Assembly (NCBI RefSeq): GCF_030028105.1 | Contig: NC_092380.1 | Coordinates: 11,869,123 to 11,933,122 of the forward strand | DNA length: 64,000 nucleotides | Direction of reading: 5' to 3' | Origin: Mobula birostris | Taxonomy: Eukaryota | Shown: one piece after another, positions 50,871-63,756 of the stretch | Position numbering within the stretch: position 1 is the stretch's first letter | Layout: every line of letters begins with the position of its first letter | Notes under the pieces: model-generated | The model's database searches: none | The model's input: only the letters and a program-made list of their open reading frames with translations | What the model was told of the DNA's origin: nothing | Program-made: the position numbers and the translations under genes

Positions 50871-51233
50871 CTGGACTACACACAGGTATATTCTGTGTTG
50901 TTGTATGTTACTGATATTCTATATGTGCTTGTTGTCTTGTATGTACAGGACTGGGCCTCAGGCTGCAGTGTCGCCTGGGGCTGCGGGGTGTCAAAGCCAA
51001 TGCACATCACGGGGTGGGGGGGGGGGGGGCAGTGTGGTGTAGCGTCCAGTCTGGGTCGGTGCTGCCCCCCAGTGTTCACTCGGAGGGAGACGGGCTCTAT
51101 TGTAGTTGACTGTGGATTGAAGGCACGAGTTTTGATTGTGATACTATTTGTGCATTCTTTGTGCTGTGTGTGACTGTTGGTATTGTGTTTTGCACCTCGA
51201 CCCAGGAATAATGCTGTCTCATTTAGCTGTATT

Positions 51234-54197
51234 CCATATAACCATTTAACAATTACAGCATGGAAACAGGCCATCTCGGCCCTTCTAGTCCATGCCGAAC
51301 TCTTACTCTCACCTAGTACCACCGACCTGCACTCAGCCCATAACCCTCCATTCCTTTCCTGTCCATATATCTATCCAATTTAACTTTAAACGACAACATC
51401 GAACCTGCCTCAACCACTTCTGCTGGAAGCTCGTTCCACACAGCTACCACTCTCTGAGTAAAGAAGTTCCCCCTCATATCACCCCTAAACTTTTGCCCTT
51501 TAACTCTCAACTCATGTCCTCTTGTTTGAATCTCCCCTACTCTCAATGGAAAAGGCCTATCCACATCAACTCTATCTATCCCCCTCATAATGTTAAATAC
51601 CTCTTCCAAGTCCCCCCTCAACCTTCTACGCTCCAAAGAATAAAGACCTAACTTGTTCAACCTTTCTCTGTAACTTAGGAGATGAAACCCAGGTAACATT
51701 CTAGTAAATCTTCTCTATAATCTCTCAATTTTGTTGACATCTCTCCTATAATTCGGTGACCAGAACTGTACACAATACTCCAAATTTGGCCTTACCAATG
51801 TCTTATACAACCTCCCCATAACATCCCAACTCCTATACTCAATGCTCTGATTTATAAAGGCCAGCATACCAAAAGCTTTCTTCACCACCCCATCCACATG
51901 AGATTCCACCTTCAGGGAACTATGCACCATTATTCCTAGATCCCTCTGTTCTACTGCATTCTTCAATGCCCTACCATTTACCATGTATGTCCTATTTTGA
52001 TTAGTCCTACCAAAATGTAGCACCTCACATTTATCAGCATTAAACTCCATCTGCCATCTTTCAGCCCACTCTTATCCACAACTCCACCTATCTTAGTATC
52101 ATCTGCATACTTACTAATTCAATTTACCAACCCATCATCCAGATCATTAACATATATGACAAACAACATTGGACCCAGTACAGATCCCTGAGGCGCACCA
52201 CTAGTCACCGGCCTCCAATCTGACAAACAGTTATCCACCACTACTCTCTGGTGTCTCCCATCCAGCCACTGCTGAATCTATTTTAATACTTCAATATTAA
52301 TACCTAACGATTGAACCTTCCTAACTAACCTTCCATGTGGAACCTTGTCAAAGGCCTTCCTGAAGTCCATATAGACAACATCCACCACTTTACCCTCGTC
52401 AACTTTCCTAGTAACCTCTTCAAAAAACTCAATAAGATTTGTCAAACATGACGTTCCATGCACAACTCCATGTTGACTGTTCCTAATCAGACCTTGTCTA
52501 TCCAGATAATTATATATACCATCTCTAAGAATACTTTCCATCAATTTACCCATCACCGACATCAAACTCACAGGCCAATAATTGCTAGGCTTACTCTTAG
52601 AACCCTTTTTAAACAATGGAACAACATGAGCAATACCCCAATCCTCTGGCGCCATCCCCGTTTCTAATGACATTTGAAATATTTCTGTCAGAGCCCCTGC
52701 TATTTCCACACTGACTTCCCACAAGGTCCTAGGGAATATCCTGTCAGGACCCGGAGACTCTTATCCACTTTTATATTCCTTAAAAGCTCCAGTACTTCCT
52801 CTTCTTTAATTGCCATACTTTCCATAACTACCCTTCTTGTTTCCTTTACCTTACACAATTCAATATGCTTCTCCTTAGTGAATACTGAAGAAAATAAATT
52901 GTTCAAAATCTCCCCCATTTCTTTTGGCTCCGCATATAGCCATCCACTCTGATTCTCTAAGGGACCAATTTTATCCCTCACTATCCTTTTGCTATTAATG
53001 TCATAAGGAGGTGGCTGGGAACGGACCCAAGTGCAAGACACAGACACTGAAGTACTAGGGACAGGACTAGGATACAGGCTGAGGGCAAGGACATGGACAT
53101 GAAAAGCAGGAACCCGGAACAGGTCCGGACAAGAGAGCTAGGAGCCCAGGCTTGGACTCCGAGCATGAGACTGGACAAGGACCCAGTACCTGGGTCTTGC
53201 CTCTGGCTCAGACCCCAGAACTAGGCAAGGACGAGGCTTGGCTGGCAGGTAGGATGAGGCTGGAGTCTTGGAGACTTGAGGTGAGAAACTAGAGGCAAGG
53301 CTTGGCAGGAGGCAGGAGGCTGGAGTCTTCAGGCTTGAGGCTAGAGGCTAGAGTCTTGAGGTGAGGCTTGGCAGGAGGCAGGAGGCTGGAGGCTCCTGCT
53401 GGGCAGGGCGCGGTCCCCCTGGGCAGGGCGCGGTTCTCCTGGGCAGGGCGCGGTTCTTCACCCAACAGAGGCAAGGGCCAGGAAGGGACAGAACCAACCG
53501 CAGGTAACGGCAGGATGGCCTGGCTTACCCGACAGAGGCAAGGGACAGGAAGGAACAGAACCAACCGTAGGTAACGGCAATACGGCCTAACTTACCCGAC
53601 GGAGGCAAGGGACAGGAATGGAGCTAGGTACAGGGTGGCTCCAGGACAAGACTGAAGGCGAGACAAGGCGAGAGTTACCAGCAAGACCAGGCAATGCTTC
53701 AGGCAATGTGAGGCGAAATGAGAACTTCAGGCGAGGTGAGAGTTACTGGCAAGAGAAGGCAAGGCTTCAGGCGAGGAAACAGAAGGCAGAGGAAGGGATA
53801 CAAGGAGTAAGGACAAGAACAATCCAGCAGCCGTGCCCTGGTCTCTGAAGGCATTTAAGCAGCCAGCCCCAACGAGCATCAGCTGACTCAATTAGAGCTC
53901 AGCAAGAACAGAAACAGGGTAGACAGGAAAACCTGGAGCAAGGGTCGATGGACTGGTCCGTGAACCGGAATAGACTTCACGGACCGGACCATGACAATTA
54001 ATATAACTGTAGAAACCCTTTGGATTTATTTTCACCTTACTTGCCAAAGCAACCTCATACCTTCTTTTAGCTTTTCTAATTTCTTTCTTAAGATTCTTTT
54101 TACATTCTTTATATTCCTTGAGCACCTCATTTACTCCAAGCTGCCTATACTTATTGTAGATCTCTCTCTTTTTCCGAACCAAGTTTCCAATATCCCT
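51234..54197 (-). mobile_element. CR1 LINE ORF2 fragment interrupted by a solo LTR
   Basis: DFRKAFDKVPHGRL, RPNLEYCVQFWSP; reading continues across the LTR. Confidence 0.92.
52999..53996 (-). mobile_element. Solo LTR of an LTR retrotransposon
   Basis: TG...CA ends (tgtcat...atgaca); 5-bp TSD attaa; internal tandem repeats (gggcagggcgcgg)x3. Confidence 0.85.
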
Positions 54198-54470
54198 GTA
54201 TTCATGTATGGTTGAATGACAATTAAACTTGCATTGAACTAGTTGGGCTGAAGGGCCTGTTTTCCTGCTGTATTACACTATGAAATGACCGAACAAGTAA
54301 TAAATATAAATTACTTCCAACCCATCTGCAGTTTGGAGCAGCAATAATAGGTCTGAAATTGTTGAATGCTATTTCCAGATGTCTGTAATATATCCAGTTG
54401 AAGAATGAGATTGTTCCCCCAGAGATTACATTAAGCTTGGTCAGAGCAGTCCCCGAGGACAAGGACTCAC

Positions 54471-54758
54471 CTGTCACGGTCAGATGCACATAACGACTGT
54501 GGCTTGACACCACAGACTTGGAGATCTGATACCGGCAGGAGTAAACGCCTGAATCATAGACGGTTACAATTTGGATCTCAAAGGCCACATTAGAACTGTT
54601 TCCCACTTCGTTTATGAATCGCAGATCCGAGCCTTCTTTGTAGAGCATGAAGTGTGTGGGTGGGTCCGGTCCAGGAGCTACGCATGTGAATATAACAGAG
54701 TCTCCGAGTGCTGAACCAGATGATGACTGAATCACGTGCAATAAGGGCTTAGAAGCTT
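54471..54758 (-). CDS. LRC-like Ig receptor exon 3: Ig (C2/I-type) domain
   Basis: EASKPLL..GDSVIFTC...FMLYKEG...DSGVYSCRY..S..S..VHLTVT; 288 nt, phase 1-1; CAG|gtgagt donor. Confidence 0.9.
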
Positions 54759-55219
54759 CTTCAAAAAAAACACGGAAGGATAATTAAATCATTTTAAGTG
54801 AATTGTAAGATTTTCATTAGATCCGCTCTTCCTTTCTTACTCCTCTGCTTAAATTCTGGTTCTAGATACTGCACCTCCATCGCGAGGAGAAGTTCTCACT
54901 ATCTACCCCATCTATTGTTAGCAGTTTCCCCCTCTGCCTCACCTGCTCTAAGGAAAACAATCCAATCTCTCCTGAAACATCCCACCACAGCCAACATCCT
55001 AGTAAGTATCCCCGGCACCCTCTGCAGTATATTATCCTACCTTTTGCCCATCAGAACCGAACACAATATTCCGACTGTGGCCTAACCAAAGTTTTTAAGA
55101 GTTGTACCGTGACTCCCATACTCTGATGTTCTGCGCCCCAAACTGAAACAGTAACTTTAGAGTTAGAGAAAGTTATCAGATACTGTACTTCCTTCACCCT
55201 TTTAGATCCAGGCACTGAC

Positions 55220-55255
55220 CTTTGTTTCCGGCATCCCGGAATCCAGACGCGCGGG
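55220..55255 (-). CDS. LRC-like Ig receptor exon 2: 36-nt leader mini-exon (ARASGFRDAGNK)
   Basis: ttttttcattacag acceptor, AAG|gtcagt donor; exactly 36 nt, phase 1-1. Confidence 0.75.
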
Positions 55256-56032
55256 CTGTAATGAAAAAAAAACCTGACAGTTCAGTCACAAAAAAAAGTA
55301 TCAACGCAGAGAGATTGCATGCAGATGTTGTCAGGGTTATGAGTACATTAAATCAATATTAGCTTTATTTGTCACAAGTACACCGAAATGCATCGTTTGC
55401 GTCAACGACCAACACAGTCCGAGGATTATGTCGGCGGCAGCCCGTGGTGTCGCCAAGCTTCGCGCCAGCGAGGTAAAAATGGTGGTTGTCCGTCCTGTCC
55501 GACAATGACGGGAAACCTATGCGGGAGAGTTTTTAAAGAGCGGGCGGTTCCAGTCTCTCGAACTCCGAAGTCCGTGTTCAGTGGTACAAACAAGCATCAC
55601 AAACTGGAGCCTTCCTTGGTTACAGTGAATGACCACGACGTCTTCTGTGCCCTGTCATGTCCCGCGCTCTCCACGGAGCCTTGCAGTATCGCCTTCCTGG
55701 CCGCTGGACCTCACTGCAGATCCCATCCGCAGGCCCACAACTTACAACCCTAAACCATGCGTCTTTTGAAATGTAAGAGGAAACCGGAGCACCCACCGGG
55801 TGATGGGAAGAACGCGCAAACTCCGGCGGGAATTGAGCTACCGGTCTTACTGTCGGTGTTGTAAGGCGTTGCGGATAACCGCTACTGTGCCGCGTATTAG
55901 TGTGTGAACAGCCGCACTTAGTGCTAATTGCACTCAAAACAACTATCTGGATGTGCATTAAAACAGCAGAACTTCCTAAAACTTCACAAGAACATCCTTG
56001 GCATAGGGTGACTCCCAGGAATATTAGGAGGT

Positions 56033-56877
56033 TGTCATGGTCCAGTCCGTGAAATCCACGTTCTAGTTCACGGGCCGGTTCATCGATCCTTATTCCGGGT
56101 TTTCCTGTTTTCCCTTGTTCCATTGGGTGCCTTAATTGAGGCACCTGATTCTTGTTTTGGGCTAGCGCATAAATATCTCTGCAAACCAAGGATTCCCCGG
56201 CTGGACTGTTCCCTTCCCCTCCCCATCTGAATCCCTGACAGTTTCCACGGCGGTCACCTCGGCAGTCATCCCGGCCCTGCGCTCCAAGGAGGGTCCCAGC
56301 TCCGTACCCAAGAGCCTAATCAAACCTAGTCCAAGAGCCACGTCCTGTGCTGGAGTTCCCTCGTCCTGTCCAGGAGTCTCTCATCCAGTCCAGGCCATGT
56401 CCAAGTACCTTATCTAGTCCAGGCCACATCCAAGTACCTCATCTAGTCCAAGCCAAGTCCTAGAACCTCGTCTTGTCTAAGCCTAGTCCAAGAACCTCGT
56501 CCTGTCCAAGTCAAGGCTTTGTGTTCTCGTCCTGTCCATGTGCAGGAGTTCCACGTCCAGTCCTGTAGCCATGTCTTGTCCCCGCCTAGATCCAGGGTCC
56601 GAGCCCGAGTCAAGACCCAGGTTTCTGGTCCCTGTCCAGGTTCTAGCTCAGAGTCCAAGCCCAGGCTCCTAGCTCCAAGTTCCTTGTCCAGTTCCTGCTT
56701 TCCTAGTCTTAGTCCTAGCCCAGGCCCAGTGTCCTTGTCTCGTCCAGGGCCCGCGTCCATGTCCAGCTTCGTTTCTTCCTGACTCCCCTTGCTTTCTTGA
56801 TAAACCTTGACCTGTTCCTAGTACTTCAGTGTCTGTGTCCTGCACTTGGGTCCGTTCCCAACGCCCCCCTTATGACA
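56033..56877 (+). mobile_element. Solo LTR, same family as 52999-53996, opposite orientation
   Basis: tgtcatggtcc...cttatgaca; 5-bp TSD gaggt; shared ctagtacttcagtgtctgtgtc..gcacttgggtccgttccca end. Confidence 0.85.
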
Positions 56878-58284
56878 GAGGTATTGGAGCAGGTATTTTC
56901 AAGTTGCACTCCCAATCAGAAACATGTGGATGAGAATGGGGGTGGGGGGAGCAATAAAATATCCCTGAGCGACATCAGGGTGGAGTGGGAGGAGTATCCA
57001 TTTCCTGCTACCACTTCATGAGGATGGAACTGGGGCTGGGTGAACCCACCCAGATGGGCAATAACAGGCACACAGCAGAACCGCTGCCTCCCGGGTTCCA
57101 TCCGGACCTCAGGCTGCCGCGCGTGTGAAGTTGACACGTTCTCCCCGTGACCTGTTTGGTCTTCCCTCGGAGAGCTCCAGTTTCTTCCCACCCCTGAACC
57201 GTGCTGGTCTGCCTGCATTTGTGTGTGGGACAATTTAGAGTGATCTGATAGACGTGCAAGAGAGATTAATTTACAGGAAAATCAGCGAGGGGTTGAGGCT
57301 CGTGGGTAAACTGTGGAAAGCCTTCATAAACCCGACGGGTCGCCCTTCGCTGAATCGTTATAAGTACTGGCCATCCCCGGGTTACAAACACTCGATTTAC
57401 AGACACCCTGACATAAGAACTAGAACGTTATTAAATTCAGACATCCCGGTATATGTACCTACGCTCGTCCCTGGGAACAACACTACTAACTTCCACAAAC
57501 TGCTGGAGAAACGCATCAAGCCAGGCAGCATCTATGGAAAAGTTTCGGGCCGGGATCCTTCATCGAAACGCCCAAAGTTTACCCTTTACCATTGGCGCTG
57601 CCCGACCTGCTGATTTCCTCCAGCATTTTGTGTGTGTTGCTTTGGATTTCCAGCGTCTGAAGATTTTCCTGTGTTTACTGCTAAATTCCTCTCTCCGCGT
57701 TTAGTGCACGTCCTTAATTGCGCTTTCTTATCAATCCTATGCGCCTTTCGCGCCATTCGTTGCAACACTGTCGAGGTGTGGTTATTATATCGAGTGATTT
57801 TGCGCGCTTTCCGACTTGCGGACAAAATCGCTTTCTGGGCTTCTGTAAAAAGGGGTCCCGTTCGATCCCTACGCTGGTGTTGTTGCGCTCAGACGTATGG
57901 GGATTAATGACTGCCCCCCACCCCCACTAGCGCTCCCTCAAAACGAGTAACACTCATTTCCACCATCAGTGAATTACGGGCATAGGACACATCAGCCACA
58001 CTAACCTAATGTCAGTGACAGTGAAAACCATATACATTTTAAACAGTCCCAGGGCGCTTATAGAACTGTGACACTACGGAGAGAGGCCCGTGGGTGCTTT
58101 GACCGTAAAATACCTCTCAGGCATCAGTAGAGCCGGGAGAGAGTAAACGACGACTCCCTGTCCCGACTTTTACTATTGGCGTCCCGGGAATTGTCATCCG
58201 TTCAGAGTGGTTTAACAGCAGTGCCCTTCGCCACTGGGAGAACTTGCCTTTGACGAGGTTATCGATGGAGGTGTACATACTCAC

Positions 58285-58312
58285 CAATTAATAAAACAGC
58301 CAGGAGCAACAT
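58285..58312 (-). CDS. LRC-like Ig receptor exon 1: signal peptide MLLLAVLLI
   Basis: caaaATG start, hydrophobic leader, TTG|gtgagt donor, phase 1. Confidence 0.78.
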
Positions 58313-58439
58313 TTTGCGGCGATTCCCTGCCGATCTCCGATCACTCTCGGCTCTTCAGCCTGCCAGGAGGACGTTGCCCAAAGGGGACTGAGCGCAGCAC
58401 TGTGAGCAGGACAGGACATAGATCACAGTGCGTGACCTG

Positions 58440-58500
58440 CATCTCGGAATTCCCAGTGATTTCAGAGAAACCGCCACAGTATCTATAAATAGCTGTTGCC
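58440..58500 (-). promoter_or_regulatory. Candidate promoter of the Ig receptor gene
   Basis: TATTTATA on the minus strand at 58484-58491; NF-kB-like gggaattccg at about 58445-58454; CpG-enriched unique region. Confidence 0.4.
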
Positions 58501-59021
58501 TAGGTCCTTCCGCTAACAGGAGGCGGGTCAGTTCTCCTTCGGGCTGCCGGACCGAATGTAACTTGGGGGTCTTAGCAAGGGCTGCACTGAGCCCGGAGAA
58601 TTAACAAGAGAACAAGAAAGATCTGCAGAAGCTGAAAATCAAAGTAATTTGCACACAAAATGCCGGAGGAACTCAACAGGCCGGGCAGCGTCTATGCAAA
58701 AGAGTGAACAGTCGACGTTTCGGGCCGGACTCGGAGAATTTGATCCCCGACTAATGGAACTGGGTGGGATACGTGGGTAGTGAACCCCCGGGGTACAGAG
58801 GGTTTGCGGCCCTAGCAAACAGGCCGCGTTCTCAACTTTCTGTAACGAGAACCCTTGCCAATCCCATCCGAAATGTGGAGATGTGTCCCGGAGGAAAGTT
58901 TTTTTTAACAGTAATGCCCCCAGCTCGTGCGTCTATAGGAAAGGAAATTATTTTTGTATTGGAGGGAGAAGATAAGGGGTTATTAATTAATGAGACGTTT
59001 ACATTGTTGCATGAGGTACGG

Positions 59022-61830
59022 TATAAGACCATAAGACTTAGGAGCAGAATTAGGCCATTTGGCCCATCGAGTTTGCTCCGCTATTCAATCATGCCTGATC
59101 CTTTTTTTTCCTCCTCCTCAACCCTATTTCCCGGCCTTCTCCCCGTAACCTTTGATGCCATGTCCAATCAAGAACCTATCAATCTCTGCCTTAAATACAC
59201 CCAATGACCTGCCCTCCACAGTTGCACATGGCAACAAATTTCACAAATTCACCACCCTCTGGCTAAAAAAAATTCCCTGCATCTCTGTTTGAATGGACGC
59301 CCCTCTATCCTGAGGCTGTGCCCTCTTGTCCTAGACTTTCCCACCGTGGGAAACATCCTTTCTACATCTCCTCTTTATAAGCCTTTCAACATTTGAAAGG
59401 TTTCAATGAGATCCCCCTTCATCCTTCTAAATTCCAGTGAGTACAGACCCAGAGCCATCAAACGTTCCTCATATGATAACCCTTTCAATCCTGGAATCAT
59501 CCTTGTGAACCTCCCCTGGACCCTCTCCAATGCCAGCACATCTCTTCTAAGATGAGAAGCCCAAAACTGTTCACAATACCCAAGGTGAGGCCTCACCAGT
59601 GCCTTATACAACCTCAGCGTCACATCTCTGCTCCTGTATTCAAGACCTCTTGAAATGAATGCTAACATTGCATTTGCCTTCCTCACCGTCAACTCAACCT
59701 GCAAGTTAACCTTCAGGGTGTTCTGCACAAGGACTCCCAAGTCCCTTTGCATCTCAGATTTTTGGGTTTTCTCCCGGTTTAGAAAATAGTCTGCTAATTT
59801 ATTAATACTCCCAAAGTGCATGACCATGCATTTTCCAACATTATATTTCATTTGCCACTTTCTTGTCCATTCTCCTAATCTGTTTAAGTCCTTCTGCATC
59901 CTACCCGTTTCCTCAACAGTATCTGCCCCTCCACCAATCTTCGTATAATCTGCAAATTTGGCTACAAAGCCATATAATTCATCATCTAAATTATTTACAT
60001 ACAGCATAAAAAAAGTGGTCCCAAAATCGACCCCTGTGGAACACCACTAGTCACTGGCAACCAACCAACCAGACAAAGATCCTTTGATTCTCACTTGCTG
60101 CCTTCTTCCAATCAGCCAATGCTCTAACCATGTTGGTAACTTTCCTGTAATACCACAGGCTCTCAACTTGGTAAGCAGCCTCATGTGTGGCACCATGTCA
60201 AAGGCCTTCTGAAAGTCCAAATATTCGACACCCACTGCATCCCCTTTATCTATCCTGCTTGTAATCTCCTCAAATAATTCCAACAGGTTCATCAGACAGG
60301 ATTTTCCCTGAAGGAAACCATGCTGACTTTGTCCTATCTTGTCCTGTGTCACCAAGTACTCCATCACCTCATCCTTAGCAATTGACTCTAACTACTCAGG
60401 TCAGGCTAACTGGTCTATAATTTCTTTTCTGCTACCTTCCTCCTTTCTTAAAGAGTGGAGTGACATTTGCAATTTTCCAGTCCTCTGGCACCATGCCAGA
60501 GTCCAATGATTTTTGAAATATCATTTCTAATGCTGCCACAATCTCTAACGCTACCTGTTTCAGAACCCTAGGGTGCAGTTCATCTGGTCCGGGTGACTTA
60601 TGTACCCATAGGTCTTTCAGCTTTTTGAGCACCTTCTCCCTTCTAATAGCAACTACACCTACTTCTCTTCCTTCACACACTACAACATCTGGCACACTGC
60701 TAGTGTCTTTCACAGTGAAGGCCGAAGCAAAATATTCATTTAGTTCATCTGCCATCTCCTTGTCCCCCGTTATTATTTCTCCTGCCTTACTTTCTAGCGG
60801 TCCTGTATCCACTCTCATCTCTCTTTTATTTTTTACATAGTTGAAAAAGCTTTTACTATCCACTTTGATATTATTTATTAGCTTGCTTTCATGTTTCATC
60901 TTTTCCCTTCTAATGATTCTTTTAGTTGCTCTCTGTAGGTTTTTAAAAACTTCTCTATCTTCCCACTAATTTTTGCTTTGTTGTATGCCCTCTCTTTTGC
61001 TTTTTCAGTAGCTTTGACTCCCCCTGTCAGCCATAGTTGTACTATTTTACCATTTGAGTATTTCTGCACTTTTGGAACACACATGTCCTGCACTTTCCTC
61101 ATTTTTCCCAGAAATGCACACCATTGCTGCTCTGCTGACATCCCTGCCAGCATCTCCTTCCAATTTACTTTGGCCAACTCCTCTCTCATACCACTGTAAC
61201 ATCCACTGAAATACTGCTATATCAGACTTTACCTTCTCCCTATCAAATTTCAAGTTGAACTCATCATATTGTGATCACTGGTTCCAAAGGGTTCTTTTAC
61301 CTTAAGCTCCCTAATTGCCTCCAGTTTATTACATTACACCCAGTCCAGTATAGCTGATCCCCTAGTAGGCTCAATGACAAACTGCTCTAAAAAGCTATCT
61401 CTCAGGCATTCAATAACTCACTCTCTTGAGATCAATGATCAACTTGATTTTCCCAATTGACCTGCATGTTAAAATCTCCCATATGACTATCATAACATTG
61501 CCCTTTTGACATGCCTTTTCTATTTCCTGTTGTAATCTGTGGTCCATCTCCCAGCCACTGTTGGGAGGCCTGTATATAACTGCCATCAGGGTCCTCTTAC
61601 CCTTGCAGTTTCTTAACTCAACCCACAAGGATTCAACGTCTTCTGATCCAATGTCACATCTTTCTACTGATTCGATGCCATTCTTTACCAGTAAAGCCAC
61701 GCCTCCCCCCTCTGCCTACCTTCCTATCCCTCTGGTACAATGTGTGACCTTGGAGATTCAGCTCCCAACTACAACCATCTTTCAGCCACAATTCAGTGAT
61801 GGCCACAACATCATACCTGGCAATCTGTAT
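59022..61830 (-). mobile_element. CR1 LINE, most of ORF2 (AP endonuclease plus RT), disrupted
   Basis: LWVELRNCKG..VIYRPPN, KSPGPDELHPRVLK, DFQKAFD, FADYTK. Confidence 0.95.
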
Positions 61831-62279
61831 GGCTGTATAACTATCAGCAGACTGCCATCAGTTACCAAAGCAAATTCCCTCAGTGGCCTCTGCTGTGAAC
61901 TGGCAGCATGTGATGGTTGAATGGTTGTTCAGATCTCTGCATACATTTTATGTTTGTTGACTGATCTTCCACATAAATTTTGTGAGCTAAATTTTATTTC
62001 ATATCTCAAACTTTTTATTTGGTAGTGATCTACCACCAGGCTCAAGGACAGTTTCTACCTTTTGCTGTTATAAGACAACTAAATGGTCCCCTAGTAGATA
62101 AGATGGACTCTTGATCTCATGATCTACCTTGTCATGGTCTTGAACCTTATTGTTTACCTGCACTGCACTTTCTCTGTAGCTGTTACACTTTAATCTGTAT
62201 TGTTATTGTTTTACTTTGTTCTACTTCAATGCACCTGTAATAATTTGATTTTGTATAAACAGTAAGCAATCCTCCTCCT

Positions 62280-62900
62280 GTCAAGGCAAATGGCATCGAC
62301 TTACCCAGCGCCTGCCGATTCACCTACCTGGGCAGCATCTTTCGGCAGGATGGTGGGACCAAGGATGAAATCCAGTGCAGACTCAGCAAGGCTGGAAACA
62401 CCTTCAGGTCAATGAGCAACCCATGGGGATCAAGTGCAGGTCCACACCAAGGTGAAGCTGTACCCGAGCTGTGTTCTGTCCACACTCTTGTACAGGTCAA
62501 AATGCTGGCGCATGACAGAGAACAACCTTGCCCAGCTGTCGTCATTCCACACCATGAGCCTCAGGAAGATCCTCTGCCTGCATTTCCTGGCCAAGAAGGA
62601 TCTCCAACCATGCCCTCCTCCTTCAGTGTCACCAAGAGGACATGGCCACAATCATCATGAGGAAACACTGGAGATGGATTGGGCACGCAATGAGAAGAGA
62701 GGCCAACTCAATCATGAAGACAACACTTCATTAGACCCCTGAAGGGGGGAAGGAACATGGGAAACCAAAGACATCTTGGCACCGTACCTTAGAGGCTGAA
62801 ATGAGGACTCTGAACCACACTTGTGGTTCAATAGAGAAGATGGCCAAGGACAGACAGAGATGGAGGACCTTCATTGCCTCCCTAAGTACCAGCAGTGCAA
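62280..62900 (+). mobile_element. RTE-clade LINE 3' fragment
   Basis: RFTYLGSIF..DGG, TKVKLY.SCVLSTLLY..CW. Confidence 0.8.
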
Positions 62901-63702
62901 TACGGTAGGAAACTTTGTCACATGGTGTGAGCAGAATTAACTGCAGCTTAATGTGAAAAAGACTAAGGAGCTGGTGGTAGACCTGAGGAGAGCTAAGGTA
63001 CCGGTGACCCCTGTTTCCATCCAGGAAATCAGTGTGCACATTGTGGATGATTACAAGTACCTGGGGATACGAATTGACAATAAACTGGACTGGTCAAAAA
63101 ACACTGAGGCTGTCTACAAGAAAGGTCAGAGCCGTCTCTATTTCCTGAGGAGACTGAGGTCCTTTAACATCTGCCGGACGATGCTGAGGATGCTCTACGA
63201 GTCTGTGGTGGCCAGTGCGATCATGTTTGCTGTTGTGTGCTGGGACAACAGGCTGAGGGTAGCAGACACCAACAGAATCAACAAACTCATCCGTAAGGCC
63301 AGTGATGTTGTGGGGATGGAAATGTACTCTCTGATGGTGGTGTCTGAAAAGAGGATGCTGTCCAAGTTGCATGCCATCTTGGTCAATGTCTCCCACATAA
63401 TGTACTGGTTGGGCACAGGAGTACATTCAGCCAGAGACTCATTCCACCGAGATGCAGCACAGAGCATCATAGGAAGTCATTCCTGCCTGTGGCCAGCAAA
63501 CTTTACAACTCCTCCCTTGTAGGGTCAGACACCCTGAGCCAATAGGCTGGTCCTGGACTTATTTCATAATTTACTGGCATAACTTACATATTACTATTTA
63601 ACTATTTATGGTTCTATTACTATGCATTATTTATGGTGCAACTGTAATGAAAACCAATTTCCCCCGGGATCAATAAAGTATGACTATGACTATGACTATG
63701 AC
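62900..63702 (+). mobile_element. Rex1/Babar LINE 3' fragment with (ATGACT)n tail
   Basis: KTKELVVDLRR, YKYLGIRIDNKLDW, KGQSRLYFLRRLRSF. Confidence 0.88.
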
Positions 63703-63756
63703 TAAGCAGTAACTAATTAAACAGTTTTCAAGACAAGCTTTTCACCGTATCTCAGT

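Noticed and set aside
56320-56760. Short interspersed repeats (cctcgtcctgtcca/ctagtccaag) superficially like a CRISPR array
   Set aside because: Degenerate tandem repeats inside a solo LTR; no constant repeat-spacer period; eukaryotic context
62953-63522. 189-aa ORF resembling the ALKBH8 N-terminal/DUF1891 region
   Set aside because: C-terminal part of a Rex1/Babar LINE ORF with a tandem-repeat tail and many decayed relatives in the window
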